Source of the DNA: Polymyxa betae A26-41 | Taxonomy: Eukaryota > Protista > Endomyxa: Phytomyxea | Reading direction: 5' to 3' | Assembly: GCA_003693705.1 (NCBI GenBank) | Contig: RBZT01000219.1 | Location: 57,697-121,696 of the forward strand | Length of the DNA stretch: 64,000 nucleotides | Shown: positions 35,270-49,375 of the stretch, piece after piece | How positions within the stretch are numbered: the first letter of the stretch is position 1 | How the letters are laid out: every line of letters begins with the position of its first letter | Translations under genes and position numbers: made by a program | The notes under the pieces: generated by a model | The model's database searches: none | Seen by the model: the letters and a program-made list of their open reading frames with translations, nothing else | What the model was told of the DNA's origin: nothing

Positions 35270-35527
35270 GTTTTGTAACTTTACTACCTACCAGATAAAC
35301 AATTCAGTAACGTATCTTTCTCATTAACAAACTTTTTCTTCGCGTAGGCAGGCAGCTGTGATTTCTCCGGAAATGTTTTGATTGTGATTTACGAATGGAA
35401 AACCTGATCAGCATTAGGCGTCTGCTGATACTGGCTTTGCATATATGGCTATTATGAATGGTGTGAGAAATTGAGCAAGTAAATCCGACAGGTTTTGCTT
35501 GGAAAATGGGCATTTGTGCCCCGCGTT

Positions 35528-38164
35528 TTATTTCCTTCGTTTGAACCTCTTCTTGGAGTTGAAACTACCATTCTTAACACGTTTCTTAATCTTGTCGTCA
35601 GCCTGGTTACCACCTTTATCGACATCATCCTCCCTGTATCTTTTGGCAAAAGGATTGGTTAGCTCCTTATCTTCGTGATATTTCCGTTTTCTGTGTGTCA
35701 ATGAGGAAAATATCGAATAGAAACACGGTGCAACTAACAAAGCCTTTTTTTCCTTCAACAAGGACCCCTTGTCTAGCTGCTGCTTAGTGATACGACGCTT
35801 GGCTTTTTCTTTCCGGGAAGCAATGCTCAGAGCAGCCTGCGGTGATGGCCCTTCACGATCTTCTGCATCCTACAAATACCTGTATTGAAAGCCTAATAAG
35901 GAGCAAAACGGGAAGCCTACCTTTTTGTCTTCAACAGATTGAAGTTTTCTTCGTTTCTGTTTGCGACTAAGACCTCTCAGTTGCTCTTTCAGCGGCTTCT
36001 GGGATTCCGTGATAATATCTTTCTTGATTTTACTAACCTTCAACGGTTCGGGTGCGGATGCAGCAGATGCTTTTTTCTTCTCAGCAACTGAGCAGAACCA
36101 TGTCTTCTTTGGACGGTTCATGATCTCGCTAAAAAAAATCTGAATATCCTGAACAAAAGCCGGCAATTTAAATCATACTGCTCATGAGACAACATATTCT
36201 GCATCTTATTCGCATTCATTTCAGCAACACGAATTTCTTTTTCGATTCTCTCTTCGTTCCGAATTTCGTAAATGCGATCTTTCATAGAATCAATCATCTC
36301 CATATGCGATTTAATAACCGCAAAGGATATTTTCCTGCTTTTTACACTGCATGAGGAATTCTTCAGAATTTCCTAAAGACAAAATTAACAATGCTAACGA
36401 AAAACGGGCGGGTAATACCTTGAGCAGCGGTCGAGCTTGGTCAGTCACTAATGTAATGGCGTGTCCTGATTTTCCAGCACGAGCGGTACGACCGACACGA
36501 TGAACATATGTTGCTAGTTGTGAAGGGAATGAGAAGTTTAAGACTGTTTGTACATCAGCAATGTCAAGACCTATATATTATATTATATACCATAATTGAG
36601 AAAGCCATCAAATGAGTAGTATCTGCCTACCTCGACTGGCAAGGTCTGTACAAAGTAGAAAATCAACAGAGCAAGCTCGGAACTGTTCCAGTGCATCCAA
36701 TCTCTGCATTTGAGTCAAGTCACCGTGTAGCTCAGCGGCCTTAAGTCCAGCCAAACCAAAAATGTGGAATGCACGATGAGCAAGGATACGTGATCTATAT
36801 ACATGTTGATAACAGCAATGAGAGAATGATAATCAAAATACGGGAAGAAGACAATAGTTTTTGATTTAACAGTTCGTCTGCACAATGACAATAAAATGGC
36901 CATGGATGTCTCAGTAGAATTATCCCGAATACGAACGAATTCTTGAGACAAATTTGTAGGCAAGGCGTGAATTGCCGAGATTGAGATTCGGCGAGGATCG
37001 GTTAGTGACAAATCAGCTAAAGACGTCACCTGCAACAGGACAAGTAAAAATGTTTGTCAAATGCGGCAGGGAATGAACTGACCTGTGCTGTTAATGTGGC
37101 TGAGAACAGCATCGTCTGGCGTCCTTTAGGGCAGGCATTGATACATTCTTGTACCTAGACAATGTGGGTACCGACTAGAAGCAGGTTTTGTAATTGGTTT
37201 TATGCACCTCGTCCACGAAACCAAGTTCAAGTAATCGATCGGCTTCATCAAGGACTAGGATTTCGATTGTATCCAAATGGATACTCTGTGAATTGCGGAT
37301 ATGGTCAATCAATCGCCCTAGGCGATAAATCAGCTGCAATGGGGCAATTTAACTTGATGCAAACCTGGCGTAGCAACAACAATATCAGGACGAGTTTGTA
37401 AAGCAGCGACCTGTTTCTGGACACTAAAACCGCCAACAACGAGACATACACGAAGTGATGTCCCATGACAGAGTTGCTGCGTCACCTGAAAACATTGATC
37501 TGCAAGCTCTCGTGTTGGTGATAGAACCAGGACCCGAGATAAACTCAATCTATTTGGACATTGCAGTAACCGTTCAAGAATGGGCAATATGAAGGCACAT
37601 GTCTACATTACATCATTAATAATGAGTAACATTATATTGATGGACGCAGCCATCTACACATACCTTTCCACTTCCAGTAACAGCATTAACTAATAAATCT
37701 TGACCTTGTAATACACATGGTATAGATTTCTGTTGTACAGATGTAGGATGATAGATACTCATTCGAGATAGGTTTGCAAGAAGGACACGACTCAGACCAA
37801 GGCTGCTGAAGTCGTTGTCTTTGTCAGTCACTGCGACAGATGCTGCGTTGGCTGACACCGATTTCTTCTTCGGGGTTTTGGATTGAATCTCGACGAGCTG
37901 CTCTTCGGCATCATCCACCGGGACATCTTCAATTTGGATCTTACGGCAGGAGATGCTGGATTTCATTGTAGTGACACCCTGGTCTGGGATTTGGACCAGA
38001 CGGCTATCGTTTTTCTTGAGTGGCTTGTTCGTACAGAAATCGAAAACGAAATCAGAATTGATTTGATCATCATCGTCGGATGATAATGACTGAACATCTG
38101 CATCCTCTTGATCTGATTCTATTGTAGGTATATGAGACAGCCCATTGGCTCTCATCATGCTCAT
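35528..38164 (-). CDS. DRS1: DEAD-box RNA helicase DRS1/DDX27 (60S biogenesis)
   Basis: [64 protein letters not shown]-terminal [11 protein letters not shown]. Confidence 0.92.
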
Positions 38165-38201
38165 GTTTGAGATTTTACAGATCAGGTTGCTGAATTTTTC
38201 T

Positions 38202-38222
38202 GTCCGTGGTCCGTCACGGACC
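38202..38222 (-). promoter_or_regulatory. TCCGTGACGGA motif upstream of DRS1
   Basis: GGTCCGTGACGGACCACGGAC on the gene strand, about 38-58 nt upstream of the ATG. Confidence 0.5.
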
Positions 38223-38393
38223 TCATTCGGCATTTTCCTAAGACCTAAATCGATAAAAAAGTTTTTAGATTTTTCCCGTAAGTTTTGAGTTGTGCAAATG
38301 AGAATAGAAATGACAATGAGTCACGTTCTAAGCCGGAACATGAAATCGTACAGGAGTTCAATTCATTGGCTCAAATCATTCCAAAACTGCATT

Positions 38394-39074
38394 ATGGAAA
38401 ACGCCTTGTTGACTTTTGTTGTTTTTTCAATCACTCTATCAACCATTGCTGAGGTCCAGGCCATACAACAACCACACCAGACTGCACAACAAGGCCAAGA
38501 GCCAGTTGGCGTGCTTTCCCTTCCAGAAACATTTAACGGGTTGGATTTGGCAGCAGATACTGTTAGTGATGACATGAGGATTTATGCTCAAATCAAATCG
38601 GGATATGGTGCCAACCCTCCCTTGGATGAGCCAGATTTCACCGATACAATTAGAAATGTCATGGAGGTGGACGACTTCTACAAGAAGTTATCAAGCTTCG
38701 AAACGAAATTGATCTACATGCGGTTGATGTTAGCAGCTCAAGCTGTAGCTTTAGCTACCGAAAACCTTTATAAGTTGCCTCTAGCCAGACAGCTGTTCTT
38801 CATTACGAAAGAATCCAAGGCCTTGGATCAAAGACAAATGGAACTTCGACAAGCGAGCAAAGATCTCGAAAAAATCAAGGGCTTGAAACGTGGGAAATAT
38901 GAGGAGATGATAGCAATGGCCCATCATCGTTCACAACCTGTAATAAGCGATACTATGCATGGTAGGTTACAAGAACGAGCCCCTGATTTCATTCTGCCTA
39001 TTGCTGCTACAGCATTGGTCGCTACCATTGCTGTGATGGTCATGGGTGTTTATGTCCGTCAAAACAAGCTGTAA
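38394..39074 (+). CDS. Type I membrane/secreted protein (signal peptide + C-terminal TM), unknown function
   Basis: MENALLTFVVFSITLSTIAEVQA signal peptide; FILPIAATALVATIAVMVMGVYV TM; intronless. Confidence 0.7.
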   Translation: MENALLTFVVFSITLSTIAEVQAIQQPHQTAQQGQEPVGVLSLPETFNGLDLAADTVSDDMRIYAQIKSGYGANPPLDEPDFTDTIRNVMEVDDFYKKLSSFETKLIYMRLMLAAQAVALATENLYKLPLARQLFFITKESKALDQRQMELRQASKDLEKIKGLKRGKYEEMIAMAHHRSQPVISDTMHGRLQERAPDFILPIAATALVATIAVMVMGVYVRQNKL

Positions 39075-39223
39075 TCGAATACAATGAACTCTTTCAAAGA
39101 TGTTGCAATCTACAATGATTCTTAAAGCATTTCTACGAGGTTTCTGCACAATTACCAAAGCAAAATAGGAAATAATGATGAGGAGGTTTAATGGAGTAAA
39201 TACGAACAGATGTTGGACTAAGC

Positions 39224-39784
39224 TTAGACCTTGAAGCCACAGCTAGCACGACGACCACGAGCACGCTCAAATTTACGTCCCTTAGAGCGGACGTAAGGCT
39301 TGGCATGCGAGTGCTTAGTACCGGCAGCACCGAAGTGTTTAACAGCCTCACGGCTCTTGACTGGACCACGAAGGAGGATGGTGTTGGAGCCGGTAGGAGC
39401 ACGCAGGGCCAGCTGATCGAAAGTGATGATTTCACCTCCGGCAGCCAAGATACGAGCCCGAGCCGATTCAGTGACACGAAGGGCACAAACCGTCAGCTTG
39501 GGAACTTCCAAAAGACGAACGTCGTCGGTAACGGTACCGACAACGACGGCGATCTTGTCCTCTTTACCCTTGACGAACGAGGCAAGTTTGGACAAAGACA
39601 GAGGAGGTCGGTTGACCTGCGATGTTTGCAGACGCTTGACGACGACCTCGTTGAATTTGGAGTTGGTACGGCGGGCCAAGAACTTGTAAACCTTGATCAG
39701 CATCTGGATGTAGACATTCTTGGAGACGACGGCAGTACGTCCCTGGGTAGGACGGCGCCCACCAGCTTTCAGATCGATACCCAT
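39224..39784 (-). CDS. RPL18: 60S ribosomal protein L18 (eL18), intronless
   Basis: [10 protein letters not shown]...[15 protein letters not shown]...[25 protein letters not shown]. Confidence 0.98.
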   Translation of the reverse strand: MGIDLKAGGRRPTQGRTAVVSKNVYIQMLIKVYKFLARRTNSKFNEVVVKRLQTSQVNRPPLSLSKLASFVKGKEDKIAVVVGTVTDDVRLLEVPKLTVCALRVTESARARILAAGGEIITFDQLALRAPTGSNTILLRGPVKSREAVKHFGAAGTKHSHAKPYVRSKGRKFERARGRRASCGFKV

Positions 39785-39828
39785 ACGGACGGATGAATAG
39801 ACGAGATCGGGAACCTGCGAGGAATGGC

Positions 39829-39857
39829 GTGACAGACTCCGTGAAGAACTCCGTCAC
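39829..39857 (-). promoter_or_regulatory. Tandem ACGGAGT motifs upstream of RPL18
   Basis: GTGACGGAGTTCTTCACGGAGTCTGTCAC on the gene strand, 45-73 nt upstream of the ATG. Confidence 0.6.
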
Positions 39858-39937
39858 GGCATGAAAAAACAATATATTGGCACTGACATTAAAGCACAGA
39901 TAACCTAAGACTGAACTGAATCAAATGTTGTATTATG

Positions 39938-42019
39938 TTATGGAATCGGTTGATCTGTTTGTAATTTTTGACTATATCCTTTCATCATGACATTGAGATC
40001 ACGTGAGTCCTGATTTAAAAGTGCTATTAAACTCTTGAGCGATTCACGTTGTTGGTCTAAGAACTATGTACAGATTTATCAGGACGCAGTGAGAGGCTAC
40101 TAATAGCTTCACATACCTCATATATTCTTTTGAAGTTTGGATCTGATGGATTTAACCTGAGCATATCTATTTGGGAATCTTGCGAATCTTGAGCTGGGAC
40201 ACTCGATGCGATACCCTCAACGCTTACTCGAAGCTGAATGACTCTCTTTCAAATTGCTGTATTGAGTGGACAAACGAAACTATCACCTTGTCAGCGGCAC
40301 GTTCTAGTGCTTCCAACTCTTTAGTCAACTTGAGCTCAGCATCACTTCTTGGGAATCCTCGACCCTACTCAGCAGTTCATTACCAACAAAACTTCCAAAG
40401 GTAAGAAAATAACAACCTGTTGAATATCGAGAGTCTTAGCTATTACTAATAACCGACGTGAGAGATCAAGGTGTCTCTGGCGATACTCAGGAATTGACAC
40501 TTTCTTAATACAATCATGATCCTGCTCCAGTTGATTGATTCGTTCCTTGCAGATTTCAATTTCTGTGCTGTGATGGCCTCGAGCCTTTTCTTGTTGAGCA
40601 ATCCGCTGCTTTAAAGCGTCGAAACCTGTACAGCAAAAATGACAATTCAGACAGAATCAACCCCTTAGTAAATCAGATTGAGAAATGATGACAGAAAACC
40701 TGTAGTGGACCCGGAACAGACAACACAGAAGCGATAAAAAGATTGGCATAGGCATTACCTAAAGCAGGAACTGGAACTAGATGCTGTGGATCGGGATTCT
40801 CCCTGATCGCTTGTTGATATAATCCAGTATGGATCCGAAATGCTGGTGCCGGTTCGATGCCAGTTGCATCATCAACTTTATTGTACAAAGCGTATTGAAA
40901 TCGACATTGTGGATGATTTGGATCATACGCGTTCACAATTGCTTGGGCCTCAATCTCCCAGGCTAGCAATACGTGAGTTGTCATGTCGCAATTTAAGCGG
41001 AGAGAAATCTCATACAAAGGGTAAGGTACAAAGATTTATCAACAGATACCGAGCATAGATGCTCCATTAAAGGAGCAGAAACTGAAAAATAAACATTGCG
41101 ACAAAATGAGATGTTAAAGAAGAGATTCTTAAATGAACTAGAGATAATCATAACAAGACTCTAACCGGGCAATGATGGTTGAATAGCCTGTTGAGGCTGC
41201 TGAGCAGGAACAAGAGCGCCTGCAGACCAGCTACCTGATCATATCTTAATCAGATGACCGATAATTCAAGTATATGATTATGAGAGAGAATACACTACTT
41301 GTAAATGAGCCTCCAGTTGCTGGAGTTGAACCAAATAGAGGTTTTTGAGGTTGTGGTGATTGTCCGAATAACGAAGATGTCTGTGGTTGCTGTGACTGCC
41401 CAAACAAAGATGATGTTTGTGGTTGACCGAATAACGATGTCGACTGCTGAGTTTGTGGTTGCTGACCGAAAAGAGATGTCGCCTGCTGCTGTTGAGGTTG
41501 ACCAAACAATGATGATGTTTGCTGCGTTTGTTGAGGCTGACCAAATGATGACGAAGTTTGTTGTTGGGGCTGACCAAACAATGATGATATCTGTTGCTGA
41601 GGCTGCCCGAATAATGATGACGTCTGCTGGGTCTGTTGGGGTTGCCCGAATAATGAAGTTTGTTGGGGTTGCTGTGTCTGACCAAACAAAGACGAGGTCG
41701 GTTGATTTTGTTGTACCTGACCGAATAATGACGAAGTCGGCGTTTGTTGTTGAGGCTGGCCAAAGAAAGAATTTGACGACGTCTGTTGGGGTTGTTGAGA
41801 CTGGCCAAACAGCGAGGATGTCTGCTGAGGCTGCCCAAACAACGATGTGGATGGTTGCTGTTGAGGCTGGCCGAATGTATTTGTAGAGCCAAGAGCTGGT
41901 GACGTTGTCTGTCCTAAGCCGGTCGTAGAGGTTTGACCAAATAGCCCAGCCCCTGTCGGCTGTGTTTGACCAAATCCTGGGGCAGACGGCTGCGATCCAA
42001 ATGCGGTCGCCCCAAACAT
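39938..42019 (-). CDS. NUP54: FG nucleoporin Nup54/Nup57-like
   Basis: N-terminal SLFGQ repeats; AYDPNHPQCRFQYALYNKV...YQQAIRENPDPQHLVPVPA..GFDALKQR; C-terminal FLDQQRESLKSLIALLNQDSRDL. Confidence 0.85.
41330..41990 (-). repeat. Coding tandem repeat encoding (T/S)SLFGQ(P)QQ FG units
   Basis: More than a dozen degenerate 30-45 bp units inside the Nup54 first exon. Confidence 0.85.
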
Positions 42020-42557
42020 CACTGAAACGATCGTAATAGATCACACAACACCCAAATAGACACACCTTTCTCCGTATTAGACAAATTTCCCCGAAATTTG
42101 AACGAATCCGATGTCGGTGATTAAATACATTAGAGATCATTAGTATGCCGACGAATCGTATTAGAGGACTGATTTAGGCTAAGAGTTTTGTTAGGTATGG
42201 TAATTTCTTATGTAATCATGCAAGCATCGAATTCGTTCTACTATATGGAGAGTAAGCTAAAGAAAATATTAAACACATCTATTGCTTAGATTAACCGACA
42301 GACCACTGACTACATAAACCGAAGAAGACAGAACTGGCCTAATCATTTTTATCAATGGAAGTGGTGGTAAAAGACCGATGCAGCCTATGTAGTTGAGCAT
42401 GGACCATAACGAAATGGTTCTGGAAGATTGTATTTGTATGACAGATAATGTAATAGTTGAGAGAATGGATTGATGACAGAGAGAGATAATGGTCACTGTC
42501 ACAGTAGATCATACATGTTATCATCACTTAGATCTATCTATATAATATGACACAGAT

Positions 42558-43273
42558 ATGCAGATTTGCTCGATTAGGGATGGAGTCATCTTGCTCGTTG
42601 TAGGTGGCTCTATAGCAGCATCATATCTGGCTGTAAAGGCATTATGCAGATGTAGACGACATCAGCGACATCTCGTATACATATTCCCATTTCCAAACAC
42701 CACGACAGGTTTTCTGACATTTGATCAGGAGCAGCTTATAGATGATCTGCAGGATGTTATAGAATCACTATCTCAAGACAATCATACCCTATCTGAACGT
42801 TTATCTGCTCTAGAAGTACACACCAGATCGAATACGACTGCTCTGCGAGCATTTAACACGAGCACGAGATTGAATCTTCACAAATGTGTTGAGATTATTG
42901 GCAGATTTCAGGGACGCCCATCTTCTCTGGATGATATAGCCATTGTCAATGAATTGAGAAGGGCACCCTTTCTAAACATTGACCGTCGATCTCCTCAACT
43001 CAATCCTGATTGTACTTCTCCAAGTCGTAGACTCGAAACAAGGTCTGTTCTGATGTGACACGTTCAGGTCTTCTATTGACCTAAAACTGGTGTTTATCTC
43101 TCAGATTTAGAGCGCTGTGTCATGATTGCTCGGTCGATGAAGCTGCTTGTCAAACTTTGCAAGAGTTCCAACAAACGGAAAATATTGCAGATACAGTTCG
43201 TGGAGCTGCGGAATTACGCTTAGAGGCGTTAATATCTCTACAGAGCATTTCTGTCCAGAAGAAAAACTCTTAA
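42558..43273 (+). CDS. Uncharacterised N-anchored membrane protein with coiled coil (2 probable introns)
   Basis: GVILLVVGGSIAASYLAVKAL TM, then a heptad region; splicing extends the ORF to TAA at 43273. Confidence 0.5.
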
Positions 43274-43489
43274 ACCATATTTGAGTTACATTGCAATATC
43301 TATTAGAGCGTGTACATCTATCAATGCGATGTATTTAATAAATTTTATTGTCAACAGTTAGCTGTGAATCATGGTTACACTAACACAAAATGCTTTCTGA
43401 GATCAGTGAAAGATGTCGAGGTTACAGATGTGGCACGACTGTCACATATGATCCAAGTTAGGCTTCTGGTCACAATCCTAACAACAAAC

Positions 43490-44528
43490 ATGTCGAAGAA
43501 ACCAGTGAAATCTACCCCAGTACATGATGCTAATATATTATCAGGAAATGGGGAAACTCCTATAGTAACCATTTACGTAAATATAACGTTATAATCATAG
43601 TGATGGCGACTATCATTAAGTAGTTGATGCATTAGGACCAGCTCGAACAATCAGTCTGGAATCTACCAACACGTTCAGAACAATACGAGTCTGGATCACA
43701 TTTATTCGGCCAAGTGATTTATAGATTGACTTTCAAGTCTAGGGCGTTTAACAAGCTATTCAATTATCACGTTGGAGGAGTCTGTCATGAGACCGTCCTC
43801 AGTGAGGAGATATTTCTTCTCGCTATTCACTGTCGAGAATGCAGTATAACAGCGAATCGAACTGCAATCGTTGTCGATTGCCTCAGGCAACTATTCGAAT
43901 CACTTCAACGCCAACAACTTCAAACACGACGTCAAGCTTTCGATTGGGTTTGCGATTATTTGAAGCAGAGAACAGCAGCCGGAGAAGAGGTGCCTGGCTC
44001 TGGTAATAATGAAGTCAGATTATCTTCAGACCAATGCTGTCAAATTGTACAGTACATTTCTGACAGGTACGTTCATTCACACCTACTCTAAACCAAGTCA
44101 GAGTGAAAAGAGATATTATTCAGCGTTCTGAAAGAGTTCGATTTATTCGCAGCAGTGCTTGGTTATCCAATGGATCATGAAATTATGGACATTACAAAGC
44201 GCTTGCCTACACCAATCATTGCTCTACCGTCATTGTCGTCTGCAAAATACGAACCCATTCCAACCGAATCAGAACCGACTTTAACAACTTCCGAACAGCA
44301 GCAAGAGCAAGCGCAGCAAACGCCTAAAACAGATGGTGAATCTGCCGTCAATAAGCTGGACAAGCTCAAGGAAGAGATAATAGCCCGCATGGTGGTAAGA
44401 ATTATATCATTGGTTTTTGAGCACTGGTAAATGTTTCGTAGGCAATAGATGTATCGAAGGCTAAAGAGGAAGTGGAACGAACGATTGCTAATTACCAAGC
44501 TGGACTTGAATCGAGAATGAAGACCTGA
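43490..44528 (+). CDS. Possible flagellar C1a-32/CLAMP-family (CFAP119/C8orf74-like) protein
   Basis: EEIFLLAIHCRECSITANRTAIVVDCL...AFDWVCDYLK...LSSDQCCQIVQYISD...KEFDLFAAVL resembles the family pattern; boundaries approximate. Confidence 0.5.
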
Positions 44529-44628
44529 TAAATATATGATAAAATACGAATTAGTATAGCTATATAGGGATCTTCAACTGAGTATTGATAGGATATTATG
44601 ACTTCATCAGGAAAGAAGATTAGCAATG

Positions 44629-46054
44629 TCACTCTTTCCGCAAAGAAATAACAACTTTGCCTGATACATGTGCCCTTTCCATATAACTTTGAGCGGCTGC
44701 TACATCTTCTAATTGGAAAACTTTTGATACGCGAGCCCTTAACTCTCCATTGGAGCCTACCACAATATCAGTTTAATATTGATATTACGAGATACCAACC
44801 TACTCAATTCCACTATTTTCTTCCATGTTGACGCGCATGGCTTAAAGAACGCCCACTCATAGTTAACATGGCGATGATACTGATACTGATACAAACCAAT
44901 TAGCATTTCAATTCATGTTATACAATCAATAATTTACCTGGACTTTCGATTGTGCCAAGTTGATTGCTGCTAAAGAAGCGCCAACAAAAAAATTATTAGA
45001 AGAGTCACACATTCGAATGAATGGTGAAGACAGTGTTATGAAAGTAGCACCAGGTCGAAAAAATTTCAGATTTTGATCCATTGGCTGGAAGTTTACTTTC
45101 CTGCCACTTGCATCGAGTACAAAATCTATAGAGCTTTGCTCAACTTTATCATCAATGTTCTCTATAGGGTAAATTAACAAGTGCAGAGCAATGATATAAT
45201 CCGGTGTTGCCTTTGGTATAATCAACAAAGACATCAGCTCCGTAATCAGAACAGATCTGAGAATTGACTCCAGACGCAACAGCAACAACATGAGCCCCCT
45301 GCAGTTTTAGCATTTGCAAAGTAAATAATCCCACACCTCCTGAAGCACCAATGACAACCGCTCGACTAAGTCACCGTCATAATCAGCAAATACCAAGTTC
45401 ATTTCATACTGTATTTTTCTGGAACCAATTGATGATGCAGCTGTCATAGCTGCGAATGGAATAGCAGCAGCAGAATGATCATCTAAATGTGCAGGTATTC
45501 GACCAACTAATGATGCTGGAAGGTCAACAATTTCGCTCCAGGTCTAATAATATTCAATCGTGATCAACATAAAATATAATATATAAATCTAACACCATGC
45601 CCAGTATGATTAAGCGGTGAGTAGACGCCCATAACACGATCTCCTTTTGTGAAATCTTGAACAAGAGCTCCAACTGATTCTACAGTCCCGACACAGTCAA
45701 GACCCAAACAAAATGGGAATCGCTCGCTGCGTAAAGGTTCGAATATGGATTTCCCGTATCCCTACGTCTTCATATCAAATACAATGGCAAGCATGTGCAC
45801 AGAATAGATCGGAAATCTTTTAGATTACAGAACTGCATAGTTTAGCTAACCTCTCTCATCATGACATCTAATGGATTTATACTTGCGGCATGGACACGGA
45901 TTCTCACTGAATCTGGACTGGGTCTAGGTTGAAGCTCTAAGCCAGTATTGCATACTTTGACGGCTGTCGCGGGTCCATAACTTGATATAATTGCAGTCCT
46001 TCCTGATGTTGGCTTCCCCGTTATCAAGCGAATAAATCGGGTTTTTTTGAACAT
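44629..46054 (-). CDS. MDR-family NADPH quinone oxidoreductase (RTN4IP1-like, mitochondrial)
   Basis: VRIRVHAASINPLDVMMRE/GYG, LGLDCVGTV, AAIPFAAMTA, VIGASGGVG, HVSGKVVI. Confidence 0.85.
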
Positions 46055-46402
46055 GATTTATAAGCTGGAAGGCTGCGCCAATACATCATCTGGCTGTCCT
46101 CATCACTACAATATCTTATTCATTTCATTACTCTAGTTTGTATATGATGGCAGCCAGGTTTCATACAATCTTAACCCTTTCATATAGCTTGATTAAAGCC
46201 GACGCCTAGAGAATCCGAACTCATACAGCATTAGTGCTTTTTTGAACTGACTTCGGTTTAAAAAAGAAAGCAGTATTTCTTTGATTGCTTAGAAAGAAAC
46301 CTGAGCATAAATTTGGCCGGAAACTCTACCCAGAATCAAATCTATTGCTTATATAAGTGTACCAATTTTATAAAAAAACGATGATTTTGAGATTCGGTTC
46401 TT

Positions 46403-48804
46403 TTATTTTGCTGTCTCATGAGATTTGGGACTGTCTTCAACCTTATGGTATCTGTTGATGATGTCAATGAGTCCTTTGCTGGCCAGCATTTGACCGTTCT
46501 TGTTCTGTTCTTCATCAAGCAAGAAGCAGAGGAAAATCGTGTCAACTGCTGTCTCGTACACAACCTGTGTAATTAATAATTAGCGTTATATCTAGTATAG
46601 AATAAGAAGGCTAACCATGAAGACAGCTGCAACCATATAAGCCAGCAATAAGACAATAAAAGCTGTCAACAAAGGGGAAGACACTTGTGACTTCCAAGGC
46701 TCAGCCTGTCCTAATATCTATTCTCTTCAATTAATGAAGGTTAAGAGATGGATCTTTCATCACATACCTGAATGATAATACCTGTTGTGCCAAAGGAAAC
46801 CAGTAATTTCCCCAGGACTGAAATATAACTTCCAACCATATTAATGGCTACTACTCGAGCAATATTTCTCCATAAAATTGCAAAACTGGTCCACGCTGAC
46901 ACACAGAATGGGTCACCGTAAATAGCACAATAAATGAAGGCGTTCGTTGATAACTTGTCCAAGCAGCATTTTACACACTGAATTAATGCATTGAGCATTA
47001 GTCTGGTAATGTTTGATGCAATCTACCTTCAGTATACACTGAACCATGGCAAAGATCGCTTTCTGAATGCGATTGTTTTTCCCTTTTGAAGTTCTTTCCA
47101 AATACATTACAAGGGCACGAATGAACTGTACAATTGCAATAAGCAATGCTCCGAATGCAATAGTCCCTAAATGATATCGAATAGCTCGCCAAACTGAATA
47201 TCGAACGGCGGCTCTGTGAGCACTATTAGCTTCAAGATTTGCAGCATTCAGTTATATCGTAACCTTGGCAATTGTCCTTCTCCCTTTCCTCTCTGTTTCT
47301 TGCCATTTTCTTGATAGGGGGTAAAGTACCAATTAGCTACAGCTCCAGCAACGACTAAAATGCAAGCATTCAATACTAAACTTTCGCAAGAATCACAGAC
47401 AGACTCATGTAGGAAAAGTAAATCAGGAACTGAACATTCCAGAGCAAATGAAAGAAATGAGCAGCGAAAAAGTTCTGCATATTCTGATCCCATGCTCGTT
47501 TCTTAAAAGTGGTTGGAGCGCCAGGCAATCCACTGAAATCTGGACTGATCTCTGTAAGTCTGAATATATTTTCAGAACAAATGAAAGCAGAATATTGGTA
47601 AATCATCAACATACGTGACATCAGTAACTGTGACGACAGAGAATATTTCTAGTGCTCCATAAATCCAGAATCCGAAATATCCCAAAGTTAGTATGAAAGG
47701 AATAATTGGGAAAAACATCATCATGGGCATATCCCCAACAGATTTAGAAGCTTCCTTTACCACTTCAACTGCAATCTTGATTCGTTTTCGAAGGGCGATG
47801 ATAATCTAACGTTAGATAGTTATTAATTGGGGAATATAGCTGGATGAGACTGTACAATGAAATATAATGGAGTTAATGCCCAGGCCACGTAGGAAGCATA
47901 TTTCATTCCTTTAGCTCGATTAGGATCTGCAGAGGTCTCTGCTTGTTGAGCTTGCTGATGCAAACATGAATCGTTTTCATAAACAATAAACACGACATAC
48001 CTGGAAGAAGGCGAATCCCAATATCACGCCACCAACCAGAACGATTACCAGGGTCATCCAAACTAGAACGCCAGCCATACGTTTGCAGAACCATAAGTAA
48101 AAGAAGGCAAGTACGACAGCAATAATGGCAGAATAGCTGAGAAGTTACGTCATCAGATAGCTAGCTAATTGAATATCACGTTGGTCGTACCAAATCAAAT
48201 CCCAGGTAAGATATAGATCACCGACAGCTCGTGATGCACTCTCGCCAGCTGAATCAAATCCAACCATGTCGACGACAGAGCGATTAGCAATGGCTTGAGG
48301 GATACAGTAATACAGAACTATAAAAACCTTCAATATTGACCATGATCATCTATCAATTTAAGATACATTTTTTGGATTGATAGCCCAATTTTTGTATCAA
48401 AGGTCCACGAAACACAGCATCAGTTTGTGTAGCATTACACCCACGAACACAGACTTTTACTTGATAGAGGCTCTGAGTTGTTGGAATAATGGGCCAGGCC
48501 GCCTAGATATCATTGTTATAACTTTATTGATGTCTCTAATGGAGCTGAGAGAAGTTACCAGAGGTAGATCTTTTACAGCTGCATCAACACCACATATATT
48601 GGCATTCCAATCAACACCTCGTACCAATCGATTAGGATTAGCATTTTTACTTTGGACAGCCACTTGCAGCATAATAATGATAACGGCCCAAAATGCAATA
48701 AAAAGGAGAAGGAATGGGATATCGGTACATGATCTTCTCTTCTTGATTTGAAATAATGGTGTATCACCTCGTTCTTCACAGCTACATCCTAACCAATTTC
48801 CCAT
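46403..48804 (-). CDS. Choline transporter-like protein (CTL/SLC44)
   Basis: KRRSCTDIPFLLLF, GVDWNANICG, VAGAVANWYF, RYHLGTIAFGA, NAFIYCAIYGDPFCVSA, VYETAVDTIFLCFLLDEE. Confidence 0.93.
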
Positions 48805-49146
48805 GATGTCAGACTAAGTCTGTTTTGGAAATTCTGGGATAATCGTGGTACCTCTGATAGGTCAGAAATGGCCCTATGACGACCAGCTCAATGACGAAAG
48901 ATACGACAGACGGTCACAAACTTCAGATCAAATGGTCCAGCAACAATAATCATGGCTCTCACGCTTGCCTGTAATGCACCAGTTCCAATCAAGCCCATAG
49001 CAGTTTAAACCAACGAGCATATATTTCGTAGCAACGAGCAGATTGCTTAAAAAGGAAAGATCAGATCTCTGAATTCATAAAGATGAAGTGATATTGGATG
49101 TGAATTTGAGATTGTATTTACATACTCGGCATCAATAAAAAAGTAA

Positions 49147-49375
49147 GGGGGTATCAAAGCTGGCGTTTCGGAGAAATTTTAAAGCGCTTTAAAAATTGTC
49201 CGAGGCATCGGTTTTAAAGCGCTTTAAAGTGGAGGACACGCAACCTTGCGAAAAAAAATCGGAAAAATACCTATTTTTCACCGAGTTATAGCATGAACAG
49301 CAAAGTTTAAAGCGCTTTAAAGATCCTTTAAAGCAGACGTTTAAAGCTACGGTAATGCGCAGGTTCGATACCCCC
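49147..49375. mobile_element. 229-bp non-autonomous MITE, PIF/Harbinger (Tourist-like)
   Basis: TIRs GGGGGTATCAAAGCTG / CAGGTTCGATACCCCC (14/16 match); TAA direct repeats at 49144-49146 and 49376-49378. Confidence 0.8.

Noticed and set aside
36780-36790. GTATCCTT on the minus strand, resembling a U12 donor
   Set aside because: Lies inside an in-frame DRS1 exon (SRILAHR); no U12 intron is needed
41278-42140. Long alternative-frame and antisense ORFs (204, 281 and 193 aa) over the FG repeats
   Set aside because: By-products of the low-complexity Nup54 repeat; not CRISPR-like and not independent genes
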